This document shows, in pieces, positions 18,094-27,094 of a DNA stretch of 64,000 nucleotides. The DNA lies in the NCBI GenBank assembly GCA_963787445.1, contig CAWBCT010000005.1, positions 224,001 through 288,000 of the forward strand. Reading direction: 5' to 3'. Both the position numbers and the translations under genes were made by a program. The notes under the pieces were generated by a model. It was not told where the DNA came from and ran no database searches. It worked only from the letters and a program-made list of their open reading frames with translations. Source of the DNA: an uncultured archaeon. GTDB lineage: Archaea; Micrarchaeota; Micrarchaeia; Micrarchaeales; CABMGC01. Each line of letters starts with the position of its first letter. Position 1 is the first letter of the stretch.

Positions 18094-19261
18094 TCAGTAG
18101 TTTAAGTACATGTCCAACCTTAGGCCGTGTGATTGCACATTCAGAACCGGTACAAGCTTCCAATGATTTATCTTGAATCCTAGACCCATCCCGCAGTAGG
18201 TGGAGTTGACATTAGGTTCCACGCCTGCGTCAGTTCCTATGTTCCTCATTACTACGTATTGTGACAGGATTAGGTCGTTGTGGCCTCCAAGGCTTATCAT
18301 GACTGCGTTGTCTACAAAACCGCCGTCAGCATTGCTTTTCTGCAAATCGTAGGTGACGTTTGCCCGGAGCACATCACTCACTCTGCTCTTTGGCTCTAGA
18401 AATGCCCAAGCTGGAAAGACATAGGTATAATCTGAATCGGTGACAGACCTGTCAGTTAATATTATCTGCTCCTTCAAGACGCCTTTCATAACATAAGGGT
18501 CGATTGGCTTGTTCCCGAAAGAGAGTATGTTGGCCGTGAAAAGGGAGTGGTTATCTGGATTGTAGGATAAAGTCATCCGCACGCTTGAAGTGGAAAAGAA
18601 ACCTGTGAGAGTCGGCGTGCTGCCGCTTGCATAATTTGCCATTAGTGCGAAGAATCCTAGCCTCGTGTCAGAGAGATATCCGATTCTGTATTTACTGCCA
18701 TTTTCTCGGTCAGAGTATAGGGAACAAACAATCCGTATTGTTGATCTTTATTTCTGGGCCTATTCCGAAGTCGGTACTTACAGGTGAGTTGGTAGAAACA
18801 TAGGACACATCACCAAGAAGTGAGAGCTTGCCGTTAATACTGGTCTCGGTATCAAAACCCTCTGAGGTTTTAAGATTTCCTACCAGGTCTCGATCATAGC
18901 GCACAGTGACCCTGAAAAGGCTCTCTCCATCTTCATATTTTACCCCAAGGTCACCGGAATTCGTAGCAAAGCCTTGATTGTACTCCCCAGCAACTATTGT
19001 GACCTGCCGCTGGTTGCCAAAGTCAAGAAACGTCTCGTCTAGTGTAGATTCCAGATAACCACTTCCAGTTACACTCGTGTTGAATGCCATCCCGTTCACC
19101 TTTACGGGGTTTTCATTAGGAAGTTCATCAGCCTTGGCGGAGCGAGAAAGGGGGTACAAGGAGAGCGCTGCGGTGGCTGCTATGAGGGTTCCCTTGCGAA
19201 AAGCCGAACGCAAGAGTCTGGTCGCCTCAGACCTAGTAAATTTGGGTTTTAATCTCTGCAC
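18094..19261 (-). CDS. Secreted beta-strand-rich hypothetical protein, probably one gene split by a frameshift near 18710-18745
   Basis: ORF 18710..19261 has a signal peptide ending SAKA; the frame of ORF 18094..18642 is open back to about 18747 (LYSDRENGSKYRIGYLSDTRLGFFALMANY) and overlaps it. Confidence 0.6.
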
Positions 19262-19345
19262 GTTAATCCCGGAAGCGAATAGTCTGTTCTTTTTCCTGAT
19301 TTTTATGCTTTTCTAGGTCTTTAGAATTAGTACCTTGCCTTCCAG

Positions 19346-20098
19346 TTATATCAAATTGACTAAGAACCCGATTAGGAAGCCGAGGAAGATCCCGGCATAG
19401 ACCACCTTCTGCTTCATCGGGTCGATGTTCCTGAGCATGCTTTTTATCATGGGCAGTATCACGTACAGTATCGCGCCGATCGCAAGCCCGTCAAAGAAGA
19501 TGTTGAAAGCTGTAGAGCTGAAGAAGAATCCCGCAATCCCGCCTATTATCGTAGGTATACCACCCACAAGGAAGAGCATGATTAGGGGCCCAATTTTCCT
19601 GTCCTGGCTGTTTAGGAATGGCGAGGCTATCGGGAACCCTTCGGTTATGTTTTGCAGCGTGAAGCCCACAAGCACGACCAGCGCGACTCCGGAGAAAAGT
19701 CCGAGCGTGACAGACAATGCGCCGAAGACCAGGCCCTCGGTGAGGTTCTGCAGGCCTATCCCTGTCGAGATCATGAGGGAGGTCATGGTAGGGGTAAGCC
19801 CTTTCTTGGACCTGTTCTCGAAGTAGTAGAGCATGAAGAATCCGATCGTGAATGCCGCTGCGAACACCGCGCTCAGGAACGGGTCTGCCCCGTAGCCGTA
19901 CAATGCCCCCGTATACAGGCTTGGCGCCACGTTTGAGAAGACATCGGCCAGGAGGAAGAGGAGTATGCCAATCGCAACCGCATTGAGCAACGCCGTAGTG
20001 TGCTCTCCGGGCCTTTTGCGCAGGACTATGGGCAGGGAGATAAAAATGGAGAGGCCCATAACCAGTGAGAAGAGCGCTGTGCCCAGAAAGTCAGCCAT
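19346..20098 (-). CDS. ZIP-family metal transporter
   Basis: About eight TM helices; GIGLQNLTEGL and LQNITEGF ZIP-like motifs (usual His replaced by Gln). Confidence 0.85.
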   Translation of the reverse strand: MADFLGTALFSLVMGLSIFISLPIVLRKRPGEHTTALLNAVAIGILLFLLADVFSNVAPSLYTGALYGYGADPFLSAVFAAAFTIGFFMLYYFENRSKKGLTPTMTSLMISTGIGLQNLTEGLVFGALSVTLGLFSGVALVVLVGFTLQNITEGFPIASPFLNSQDRKIGPLIMLFLVGGIPTIIGGIAGFFFSSTAFNIFFDGLAIGAILYVILPMIKSMLRNIDPMKQKVVYAGIFLGFLIGFLVNLI

Positions 20099-20171
20099 GT
20101 CTAAACCAATTTAACTTTTGAAACTCAGTCTTATAACCCAGTTATATATTTAAATGCTCTGTTATTTTCCC

Positions 20172-21227
20172 TTAAACGTTTCCGCCGGAGATTATCGCGA
20201 CCGCCTTCTCGTGGTCTCCCAGCCGCAGCTTCCCGTAGGCGGCCATCGGGGCCACGCCGGCAAGCTCTGCTATTATGCCATATTCGTCGTAGAAGCTCTT
20301 CTGCTCCGTCGCCATCTCCTTGTCGCTCACCGTTAGGACAGAGCCTCCAAGTGCGCGAAGATCGGCTATGGCCCGCTCCCCGAAGGTGGGCAGGCCGACA
20401 GCGATGGCATCGGCCTTTGTTCTTGGGATTACGTACTCAACTGGCCTGTTTATTGTGAACGCCTTTGCGAGCGGCTTGCAGGAGCTCGCCTGGACCGCTA
20501 TCACCGAAGGCACGTGCGCCTTGGGCTCGCCCTCCTTGATGTTGCGGAATACCTTGAGTATGCCGCTCAGAAGGGTCGCATTGCCAACAGGAACAAAGAC
20601 GTAGCGCGCGTCGGGCAGCTGCGCCAGGAGCTCATGGGCGATGGTGCTCTGCCCCTCCTTCCGGTAGCAGTAGTCCCCTGCCAGGAAGGCGTCATTCCTC
20701 TTTGCGTACTGCTCGGCAAGGCGCTGGGCCATGGTGAAATCTCCCTTGACGTGATTTATCTTGGCATCGTGGGTCTCGCGGATCTCCCGAAGCTTGTCCC
20801 TGTTTGCATCCTTGCTGATGAAGATGGTGGCCTTTATCCCGTAGAGCTTTGCGTAGTAGGCCACCGAGTAGGCCATGTTTCCGGTGGAGGCACACACAAC
20901 CTCTTCGTAGCCGTACTCGTGTGCTTTCGCCACCTCCACAACCGAGCCGCGGTCCTTGAAGGAGTGGGTGGGATTCTGGAGCTCCATCTTCAGGTAGAGG
21001 CTGCTGTCATGCGTGTGCGCGAGCCTTGTGAAGCCGACTTCGTAGTGGCGGTACTTGCCGCTCGGAAGAAGGTGCTCGTAGTCCCAGAAGCTGTGGTTTT
21101 GCTGGGCCTTCGAGGCCGAGCCGTGGTAAGCAACCTCGAGTATTCCGGAGCAGGCTGCGCAGAGCTGCGAGTCGTACGTAGAATCATACTTCCTTGCGCA
21201 GCCAGTACATAAAAGTGAGTATTCCAT
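20172..21227 (-). CDS. thrC: Threonine synthase-like PLP enzyme
   Basis: N-terminal CxxC...CxxC; NPTHSFKDRG PLP lysine; CASTGN; VPVGNA; IISGGN. Confidence 0.8.
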   Translation of the reverse strand: MEYSLLCTGCARKYDSTYDSQLCAACSGILEVAYHGSASKAQQNHSFWDYEHLLPSGKYRHYEVGFTRLAHTHDSSLYLKMELQNPTHSFKDRGSVVEVAKAHEYGYEEVVCASTGNMAYSVAYYAKLYGIKATIFISKDANRDKLREIRETHDAKINHVKGDFTMAQRLAEQYAKRNDAFLAGDYCYRKEGQSTIAHELLAQLPDARYVFVPVGNATLLSGILKVFRNIKEGEPKAHVPSVIAVQASSCKPLAKAFTINRPVEYVIPRTKADAIAVGLPTFGERAIADLRALGGSVLTVSDKEMATEQKSFYDEYGIIAELAGVAPMAAYGKLRLGDHEKAVAIISGGNV

Positions 21228-21237
21228 GAAATAGCGC

Positions 21238-22737
21238 TCATGCCACGTTGATAGCAAACCATCTCATTGTTTTCTTGATGAATATATAGTATGAACTGCT
21301 GTTCCTCTTGACATCTTTTATCAGGGCCTTGTACTTTTGCTTCTCGTCAGGGCTTAATTTGCCCTCCTTTACGGTTGTCTGCTTCTTGCCATCGATTATC
21401 TGGGTCTCGGTCTTGCTGATTATGCTCTTTCGCACCATCGAGTACCATTCATCAAGCGTGTTGCCGTGCGTCTTGATCATCTTGATGAAGTCCCTCATCT
21501 TTATCTTTCTACGCTTGCCGGTTCTATCTTCCTCTGCAGCGGGTATCAGGGCTGCCTTGTCGCAGATCTCTTCTATGTCTGCCTGCGAGAAGCCCATGGT
21601 TGCGCGGGCGAGCCTACCGAAGTTTACGTCCCACGCAAGCGGCATCTTTCGGGTGTTGTATACGAATGCGTGCTTTCGGGTCTTGTAGTTAGGCGGTGGG
21701 ATGTAGATGGTCTCGCCGAAACGCTTGCTGCGCTTGAGCGCGGGATCGATATCCCAGGGCTGGTTCGTTGCGCCGATTACGAAGATGCCCTCCGGGTTCT
21801 TCTCTATACCGTCCATCTCCTGAAGGAACTGGTTGACTGCCATTCTCATAAAGCTTGACTGTTCCCCGCCACCACCACCGCTGTCTCTCTTCTGGCCAAG
21901 GCCATCAATTTCGTCGAAGAAAACCACGCAAGGGGTGTTCTTTCGGGCCTGTTCAAAGATAGCGTGCATGTTCTTTTCAGTGTTGCCCGCGTACATGTCC
22001 ACAATCTCGTTTATTGCAGCGATTATGACGTTGGATTTTGTCTCCCCACCTATGGCATTGACCAGGTAGGTCTTTCCATTGCCAGGAGGACCATAAAAAA
22101 TTACTCCAAGTCCGAGCTTCTTGCCATAGGCACGGAGAAGTTCCGGCTTCTTTATCGCAAGGATTATGTTCTCGTAAATCAGCTTCTTCTGCTTCTCCAT
22201 TCCGACTACGTCCTTGAAGGTTATCTTGGACTTATGCCAGCGCACCTTCTTTATCTGGCCCTCTGAAATCTCGGTGCCCTTCTCTTCTGGGCCTCCAACT
22301 TTTGAAAGCGCTGCTGGTGTTCCCTCTTCGTTGATCTTGCCCTTCAGCTGGTCGAGGCGAGCCTTGGCCTGCTCGTAGTTCGGATTTCTGGCAAGCGCCT
22401 TGTCGTACCACTCCTTGGCCGCCTTGTAATCGTGCTGATATTCCGCGATGATTCCCATCACGTAGGGAGCGTCATAGCTCTCCGGCTCCATCTCAAGGAC
22501 TTTGTTTGCGTCTTTGGTGGCTTCGGCGTACTTGTTTACTATCGCGTAGGAGAGCGCCCTGTTGAAGTAGGCGCTTGCATAGCCGGGATCTTCGCGTATC
22601 GCCCTAGTGTAAAGTGTTATCGCCTTCTCGAACTCGTTCTGCTCGAAGGCCTTGCCGGCTTCTGTATAAAGATCCTTGGCGGTCTGGCTGGTCGTCCCCT
22701 GACCCTTGAACTCCTGCTTGTCGCCCTCTTCTGCCAT
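21238..22737 (-). CDS. TPR-domain AAA+ ATPase
   Basis: Three TPRs, then Walker A GPPGNGKT, Walker B VFFDEID, SRH GATNQPWDIDPALKR. Start set at MAEEG. Confidence 0.9.
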   Translation of the reverse strand: MAEEGDKQEFKGQGTTSQTAKDLYTEAGKAFEQNEFEKAITLYTRAIREDPGYASAYFNRALSYAIVNKYAEATKDANKVLEMEPESYDAPYVMGIIAEYQHDYKAAKEWYDKALARNPNYEQAKARLDQLKGKINEEGTPAALSKVGGPEEKGTEISEGQIKKVRWHKSKITFKDVVGMEKQKKLIYENIILAIKKPELLRAYGKKLGLGVIFYGPPGNGKTYLVNAIGGETKSNVIIAAINEIVDMYAGNTEKNMHAIFEQARKNTPCVVFFDEIDGLGQKRDSGGGGGEQSSFMRMAVNQFLQEMDGIEKNPEGIFVIGATNQPWDIDPALKRSKRFGETIYIPPPNYKTRKHAFVYNTRKMPLAWDVNFGRLARATMGFSQADIEEICDKAALIPAAEEDRTGKRRKIKMRDFIKMIKTHGNTLDEWYSMVRKSIISKTETQIIDGKKQTTVKEGKLSPDEKQKYKALIKDVKRNSSSYYIFIKKTMRWFAINVA

Positions 22738-22816
22738 CGCGTCACTGCTATCTCTTGTTAACATTTGGCTATTTATATTTAGCCGATTGGGGGCCATTTC
22801 AAAATAGGGTGAGGAA

Positions 22817-23242
22817 CTAGGCCTTGTTGCCCGCCATCTGGTCCAGCAGCTCGTTTAGCGCCCTGTCCACGCCCGCGATATAGGCGTTCTCGCGCGGGAG
22901 GCTCTTTATCTTGAAGCTCCTGAAGCGGGAGCTGTACTCCTGCGCCTTGACCTTCAGCTCGCGGAGGTTTTTGTCCTTCGTCATGAATGAGCCGCCCATC
23001 TGCCTCGCCATGAGCACGCTGTCCGTGAAGGCCTCCACATCGCAGTCGTAGCCGTAGAGCTCGGCGACCTTCGCGAGGGCCGCCAGAAGGGCCAGGTACT
23101 CCGCCTGGTTGTTGGTCTTTATCCCGTTGTAGAAGGCGTACTGCAGGAGCTGCTTGTGCGACTCGTCGAAGATTGCGTAGCCCGAGGCGCTCTCTCCGGG
23201 ATTGCTTCGCGATGCCCCGTCGGTGTAAACATTTATCAGCAT
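22817..23242 (-). CDS. rnhA: Ribonuclease HI family protein
   Basis: YTDGASRSNPG, TNNQAEYLAL, TDS, PRENA...D. Confidence 0.9.
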   Translation of the reverse strand: MLINVYTDGASRSNPGESASGYAIFDESHKQLLQYAFYNGIKTNNQAEYLALLAALAKVAELYGYDCDVEAFTDSVLMARQMGGSFMTKDKNLRELKVKAQEYSSRFRSFKIKSLPRENAYIAGVDRALNELLDQMAGNKA

Positions 23243-23246
23243 CTAA

Positions 23247-23996
23247 TCATCTAATTGAAGCGGATCTCAGTTCTCCTACTCTCCCAAAGGATAAAGTCTC
23301 ATCGCTTCCGATGCAGAACGCCTCCATCCTGGAGAGATTGGCCTGGCTCTTGAATACGGGCGCCAACCGTTCTACATTCTCAAGATTAACGCTGATGCCA
23401 GAGGCGAAGAAGCTCATAGCAGGAAGTACAATTAGTTCACGGCCACCTTTCATCTCTCCGTAGAGGAAGCACCTGAGCTTCTCGCGGGCACCGATCAGGG
23501 AGTCAAAAGAGATGGAGGGGTGAATGTGGCCCATCACCAGAACATTTCCTTCACCTTTTGGCATCTCCTCACCATGGAAGAACAAAAAGTCATCGATGGA
23601 GACCTCCTGCTCGTGGACCTCAAGACGCGGGTTTGAAGTGACGCGGTTTATGAAATTGTCATGGTTCCCCTTTATCAGTATGATTTTCTTGAGCTTTAGT
23701 TCATCAAGCAGAAATTTCTTAAGATCGGCGAACTCGTTCAGCTCCTCGTCGTGCACTTTTGAGAACTCGTTCTTTATGTCACCGTCTATTATGATGTTTT
23801 CGGCTCCCGTTTTGACTACTGCCTTTTTGATAATCTTGGTTATGGACTGCAGATTTACCTTGGGCATGAAGACCCCCTGGTCGGCCATCACGCCTTCGTA
23901 TCCAAGATGCAGGTCAGAGCAGACGATCGCTGAAAGCTTCTTTATGTACAGTATAGGAAGGCCGTCAAGAGCTTCAATACCTTGTGCCAGTTTCAT
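23247..23996 (-). CDS. Metallophosphoesterase (Lhr-associated type)
   Basis: SDLHLG, GDIK, KGNHD, FHG, GHIHP calcineurin-like motifs. Confidence 0.9.
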   Translation of the reverse strand: MKLAQGIEALDGLPILYIKKLSAIVCSDLHLGYEGVMADQGVFMPKVNLQSITKIIKKAVVKTGAENIIIDGDIKNEFSKVHDEELNEFADLKKFLLDELKLKKIILIKGNHDNFINRVTSNPRLEVHEQEVSIDDFLFFHGEEMPKGEGNVLVMGHIHPSISFDSLIGAREKLRCFLYGEMKGGRELIVLPAMSFFASGISVNLENVERLAPVFKSQANLSRMEAFCIGSDETLSFGRVGELRSASIR

Positions 23997-24008
23997 AACA
24001 CTGCCCCG

Positions 24009-26666
24009 TCATCTCCCTTTCTTTATCTTGTCCAGCACCTGCTTCCGCAGTTCGCGGATGTGCTGCCTGCGGTCCTTCATCATCAGCGAGTCTGACTCGC
24101 CATTCGTGATCATCATGTGTGAGAACGGCGAGGGGATGCCCGTCTCGATTATCTTGTACGCAACCTCGCCCTTGCTTATCCTCTTCAGCAGGGCATTTGC
24201 GCGCGGAAGGTCCATGACATCCTCAAATATCTCTCTGTACGTCTCCTTTATTATAGGGAAGTTCGGGCTAATTTCCTCCGCCAGCTTCAATATCGCCTGC
24301 GCATTTACGTGCTGCTTCCTTACGCCAATCTTTATCCCCTTGTAATTTCTGAGTATCATGAAGCTGCGCGCCGCATTGTAGCGGAAGCGGCGCTTCATCA
24401 TCTCCGTCCTGCGTATGTTTGCCTTCAGCATGCGGACTGTGTCGCTAGTGCTGGCCTCGATTATGATCTCCTCGATGTCCTTCTTCGTCGGCTTGTTTTC
24501 AATCGGCACCGCAAGGACGAATCCCACGTCGCTTATGTTTATCCCAACATCGGAGTTCGTCCTGGCAGCGAGCAGCAGCGCGAACACTCTGGAAAGCGCA
24601 TCGATTATCCTGCGCCCGTAGAGTGCATGGAAGATTATCAGGCTCTTCTCGCCGTCGTCGGAGACGCTCTTTTCGACAAGCAGCAGGCGGTCGTTGGGTA
24701 TTACTTTCGTGTAGAGTAGCTGCTCGGCAAAATAGATGAAGATCGAGCTCTTCGCATAGTCGTCAATGGGCATCGTGTCAAGAACCGCCAGGCTCTCCTT
24801 GTTCGGCTTCATCGTGTGCGCCATGAGTTTCGCGATTGAGCTGGTCTTTATTTTTCCGGCGGTCACTGCCTTGGCCATCTGCTCCCGAAATCGTCCAATC
24901 TCTATTGCAAGTTCGTAGGTGAGCGGCAATTGTTCAGAGTACCAGGGAGGTATCGTAGGAACCTGGCCAGGCGCCTCGGTGACATAGCACTTCATTATGC
25001 GCGCATAGTCAAAACGGAAGATCTTCCCTCCCAGCGCGAAGATGTCGCCCGGTTTGAGGCGGGAGAGGAACTCCTCCTGTATGCTGCCTATCCATTTGTT
25101 TTCCTTTGTTACTACGTCTATCGCAACCTCGTCCGGTATGGTGCCGATGTTGAGGAAGTAGATAAGTTTGGTGAGCTTGCCTCGCCTTCCGAATGCATTC
25201 TCCTTCTCATCGTACCACAGCTTCGCGTACACTCTCCTGCTCTCAAGGCCAACATACATTCCCGAGAGGTACTCAAGAAGCGCGATGAAGTCCTTCTTGT
25301 CAAGCGTGTGGTAGGGATACGCGGTCCTCACCATCGCATAGGCCGAGTCGACGTCCCAGCGCTTGTTCTGCGACATCCCGACCAGGTGCTGCGCAAGCAC
25401 GTCGAGCGCGTTGTGGGGTATGCTGAAGGTGTCGATGTGGTGCTTCTTCGCCTCGGTCAGCATGACGGAGCACTCAACCAGGTCGTCGCGGTTTGTGACT
25501 ATCACTTCGCCGCGGGCGGTGTCGTTGAAGCTGTGGCCGCTTCTCCCGAAGCGCTGGACCGCCCTTGCCACGCTCTTGGGCGAGCCGATCTGAATCACGT
25601 TGTCGATTGTTCCTATGTCTATCCCGAGTTCGAGGCTCGTTGACGAGACTGCAACCTTGAGCTTGCCCTTCTTGAGCATGTCCTCAACCCCCAGGCGGGT
25701 CTCCCTGGAAAGCGAGCCGTGGTGGGCTGCAATGTGCTCCTCCGCATACTTGAACCGCTTCATCAGGTTGTACACGACGCGCTCTGTGCCGCTGCGGGTG
25801 TTTGTGAAGACGAGGGTGGTCTGGTTGGCCTTGATTATCCGGTCGATGTCCTTGTAGATTGCGTTGTCGATGACCTCGTCCTTCTCGTTCACGATGTCGC
25901 TTACAGGGCTCATCACCGAGAACTCCATCTTCTTGTCCCAGGTCGCATCGACTATCTTGCAGTCGCGCTCCGTCCGCTCGTCTTTCATTCCGACAAGGAA
26001 GCGTGCCGCCTCTTCTAGAGGATTTAGAGTCGCGCCAAGACCTATCCTTGTGAAATCAGAACCCACCATGTCGCGAAGGCGCTCGATTGAGAGCGAGAGG
26101 TGCACTCCGCGCTTGTTGTTCGCAAGCTCGTGCAACTCGTCTATCACGACATACTTTAGCTCCTTCATGTTCTCTAGGAACTTGGGCGAGTTGAGTATTA
26201 TCGCAAGGCTCTCAGGCGTTGTGACCAGTATGTTTGGGGGATTGCGAAGCATCTTTTGGCGATCCTTCTGTGGCGTGTCCCCGGTGCGGACCCCCACAGT
26301 TATCTTCTTTACCGGTATCGCTATCTTTGAGAAGATTTGGTCCAGCGGCTCGCTCAGGTTTCTGTATATGTCGTTGTTGAGCGCGCGGAGGGGCGAGACG
26401 TACACGCAGTATATTTTCTCCTCAAGCGTGCCGGCTATGGACTTGTCCATCAGGTGGCTGAGTATCCCGGTGAATGCGGAGAAGGTCTTCCCGCTGCCCG
26501 TCGGTGCGGTTATGAGGATGTTCTTGTCCTCCTTTATCAGCTTGAAGGAGTACCTCTGGGGCGGAGTTAGGCCCTTGTACTTTGAGGTGAACCACTTCCT
26601 TATGAATGGGTTGAGCGAGTCCAGGCTCTCCTCTACGGTAAACGGCTCTTTGCAGAACTCTATCAT
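24009..26666 (-). CDS. lhr: Lhr-like ATP-dependent SF2 helicase
   Basis: APTGSGKT, SPLRALNND, RTGDT, DELH, HHGSLS, SLELGIDIG, QRFGRSGH, GTIPDE. Confidence 0.95.
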   Translation of the reverse strand: MIEFCKEPFTVEESLDSLNPFIRKWFTSKYKGLTPPQRYSFKLIKEDKNILITAPTGSGKTFSAFTGILSHLMDKSIAGTLEEKIYCVYVSPLRALNNDIYRNLSEPLDQIFSKIAIPVKKITVGVRTGDTPQKDRQKMLRNPPNILVTTPESLAIILNSPKFLENMKELKYVVIDELHELANNKRGVHLSLSIERLRDMVGSDFTRIGLGATLNPLEEAARFLVGMKDERTERDCKIVDATWDKKMEFSVMSPVSDIVNEKDEVIDNAIYKDIDRIIKANQTTLVFTNTRSGTERVVYNLMKRFKYAEEHIAAHHGSLSRETRLGVEDMLKKGKLKVAVSSTSLELGIDIGTIDNVIQIGSPKSVARAVQRFGRSGHSFNDTARGEVIVTNRDDLVECSVMLTEAKKHHIDTFSIPHNALDVLAQHLVGMSQNKRWDVDSAYAMVRTAYPYHTLDKKDFIALLEYLSGMYVGLESRRVYAKLWYDEKENAFGRRGKLTKLIYFLNIGTIPDEVAIDVVTKENKWIGSIQEEFLSRLKPGDIFALGGKIFRFDYARIMKCYVTEAPGQVPTIPPWYSEQLPLTYELAIEIGRFREQMAKAVTAGKIKTSSIAKLMAHTMKPNKESLAVLDTMPIDDYAKSSIFIYFAEQLLYTKVIPNDRLLLVEKSVSDDGEKSLIIFHALYGRRIIDALSRVFALLLAARTNSDVGINISDVGFVLAVPIENKPTKKDIEEIIIEASTSDTVRMLKANIRRTEMMKRRFRYNAARSFMILRNYKGIKIGVRKQHVNAQAILKLAEEISPNFPIIKETYREIFEDVMDLPRANALLKRISKGEVAYKIIETGIPSPFSHMMITNGESDSLMMKDRRQHIRELRKQVLDKIKKGR

Positions 26667-26764
26667 GTGGGGTCACCAACGTAAAATAAGCAGTATCCTT
26701 TAGGCTGTAGCATATTAATAAATACCCTCTCACTTGTAAATATTGCGATATAACGTTGTTTTAG

Positions 26765-27070
26765 ATGGGGAAAAAGGCAGGAAGTGGCAGCCGCTCGAAG
26801 AGCGCCGGGAAGATAGAGGCGCTGAGGAGAGCGCAGCAGATAAACGAGCTCCTCATGCGCAGCACCATCGAGAGCGAGGCGCTGCAGAGCAGCAGCGATG
26901 ACAGGCCCGTGGGCGAGCAGCACATCTTCGACCTGCTCGACCAGGACAGGAGCGAGAGGAGGCTGCAGAACGCGGTAAGCAAGAACCTGGGCAAGAGAAG
27001 GCCAAGCATGCACAGAAAAGCAGTGCACAAGGCCAAGCCGAAGAAGGCAGCCAAGAAGCGCCGACGCTAA
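26765..27070 (+). CDS. Small basic hypothetical protein
   Basis: ATG after an AT-rich divergent promoter region; Lys/Arg-rich tail HKAKPKKAAKKRRR. Confidence 0.6.
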   Translation: MGKKAGSGSRSKSAGKIEALRRAQQINELLMRSTIESEALQSSSDDRPVGEQHIFDLLDQDRSERRLQNAVSKNLGKRRPSMHRKAVHKAKPKKAAKKRRR

Positions 27071-27094
27071 GTTCTAATTATAAACAGTCAGCTA

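Noticed and set aside
17341-18105. Long antisense ORF (also 20514..21212, 23524..24345, 25864..26703, 31989..32867, 55157..55909, 62748..63401)
   Set aside because: Opposite well-supported genes; expected from GC3-rich codon usage; no motifs.
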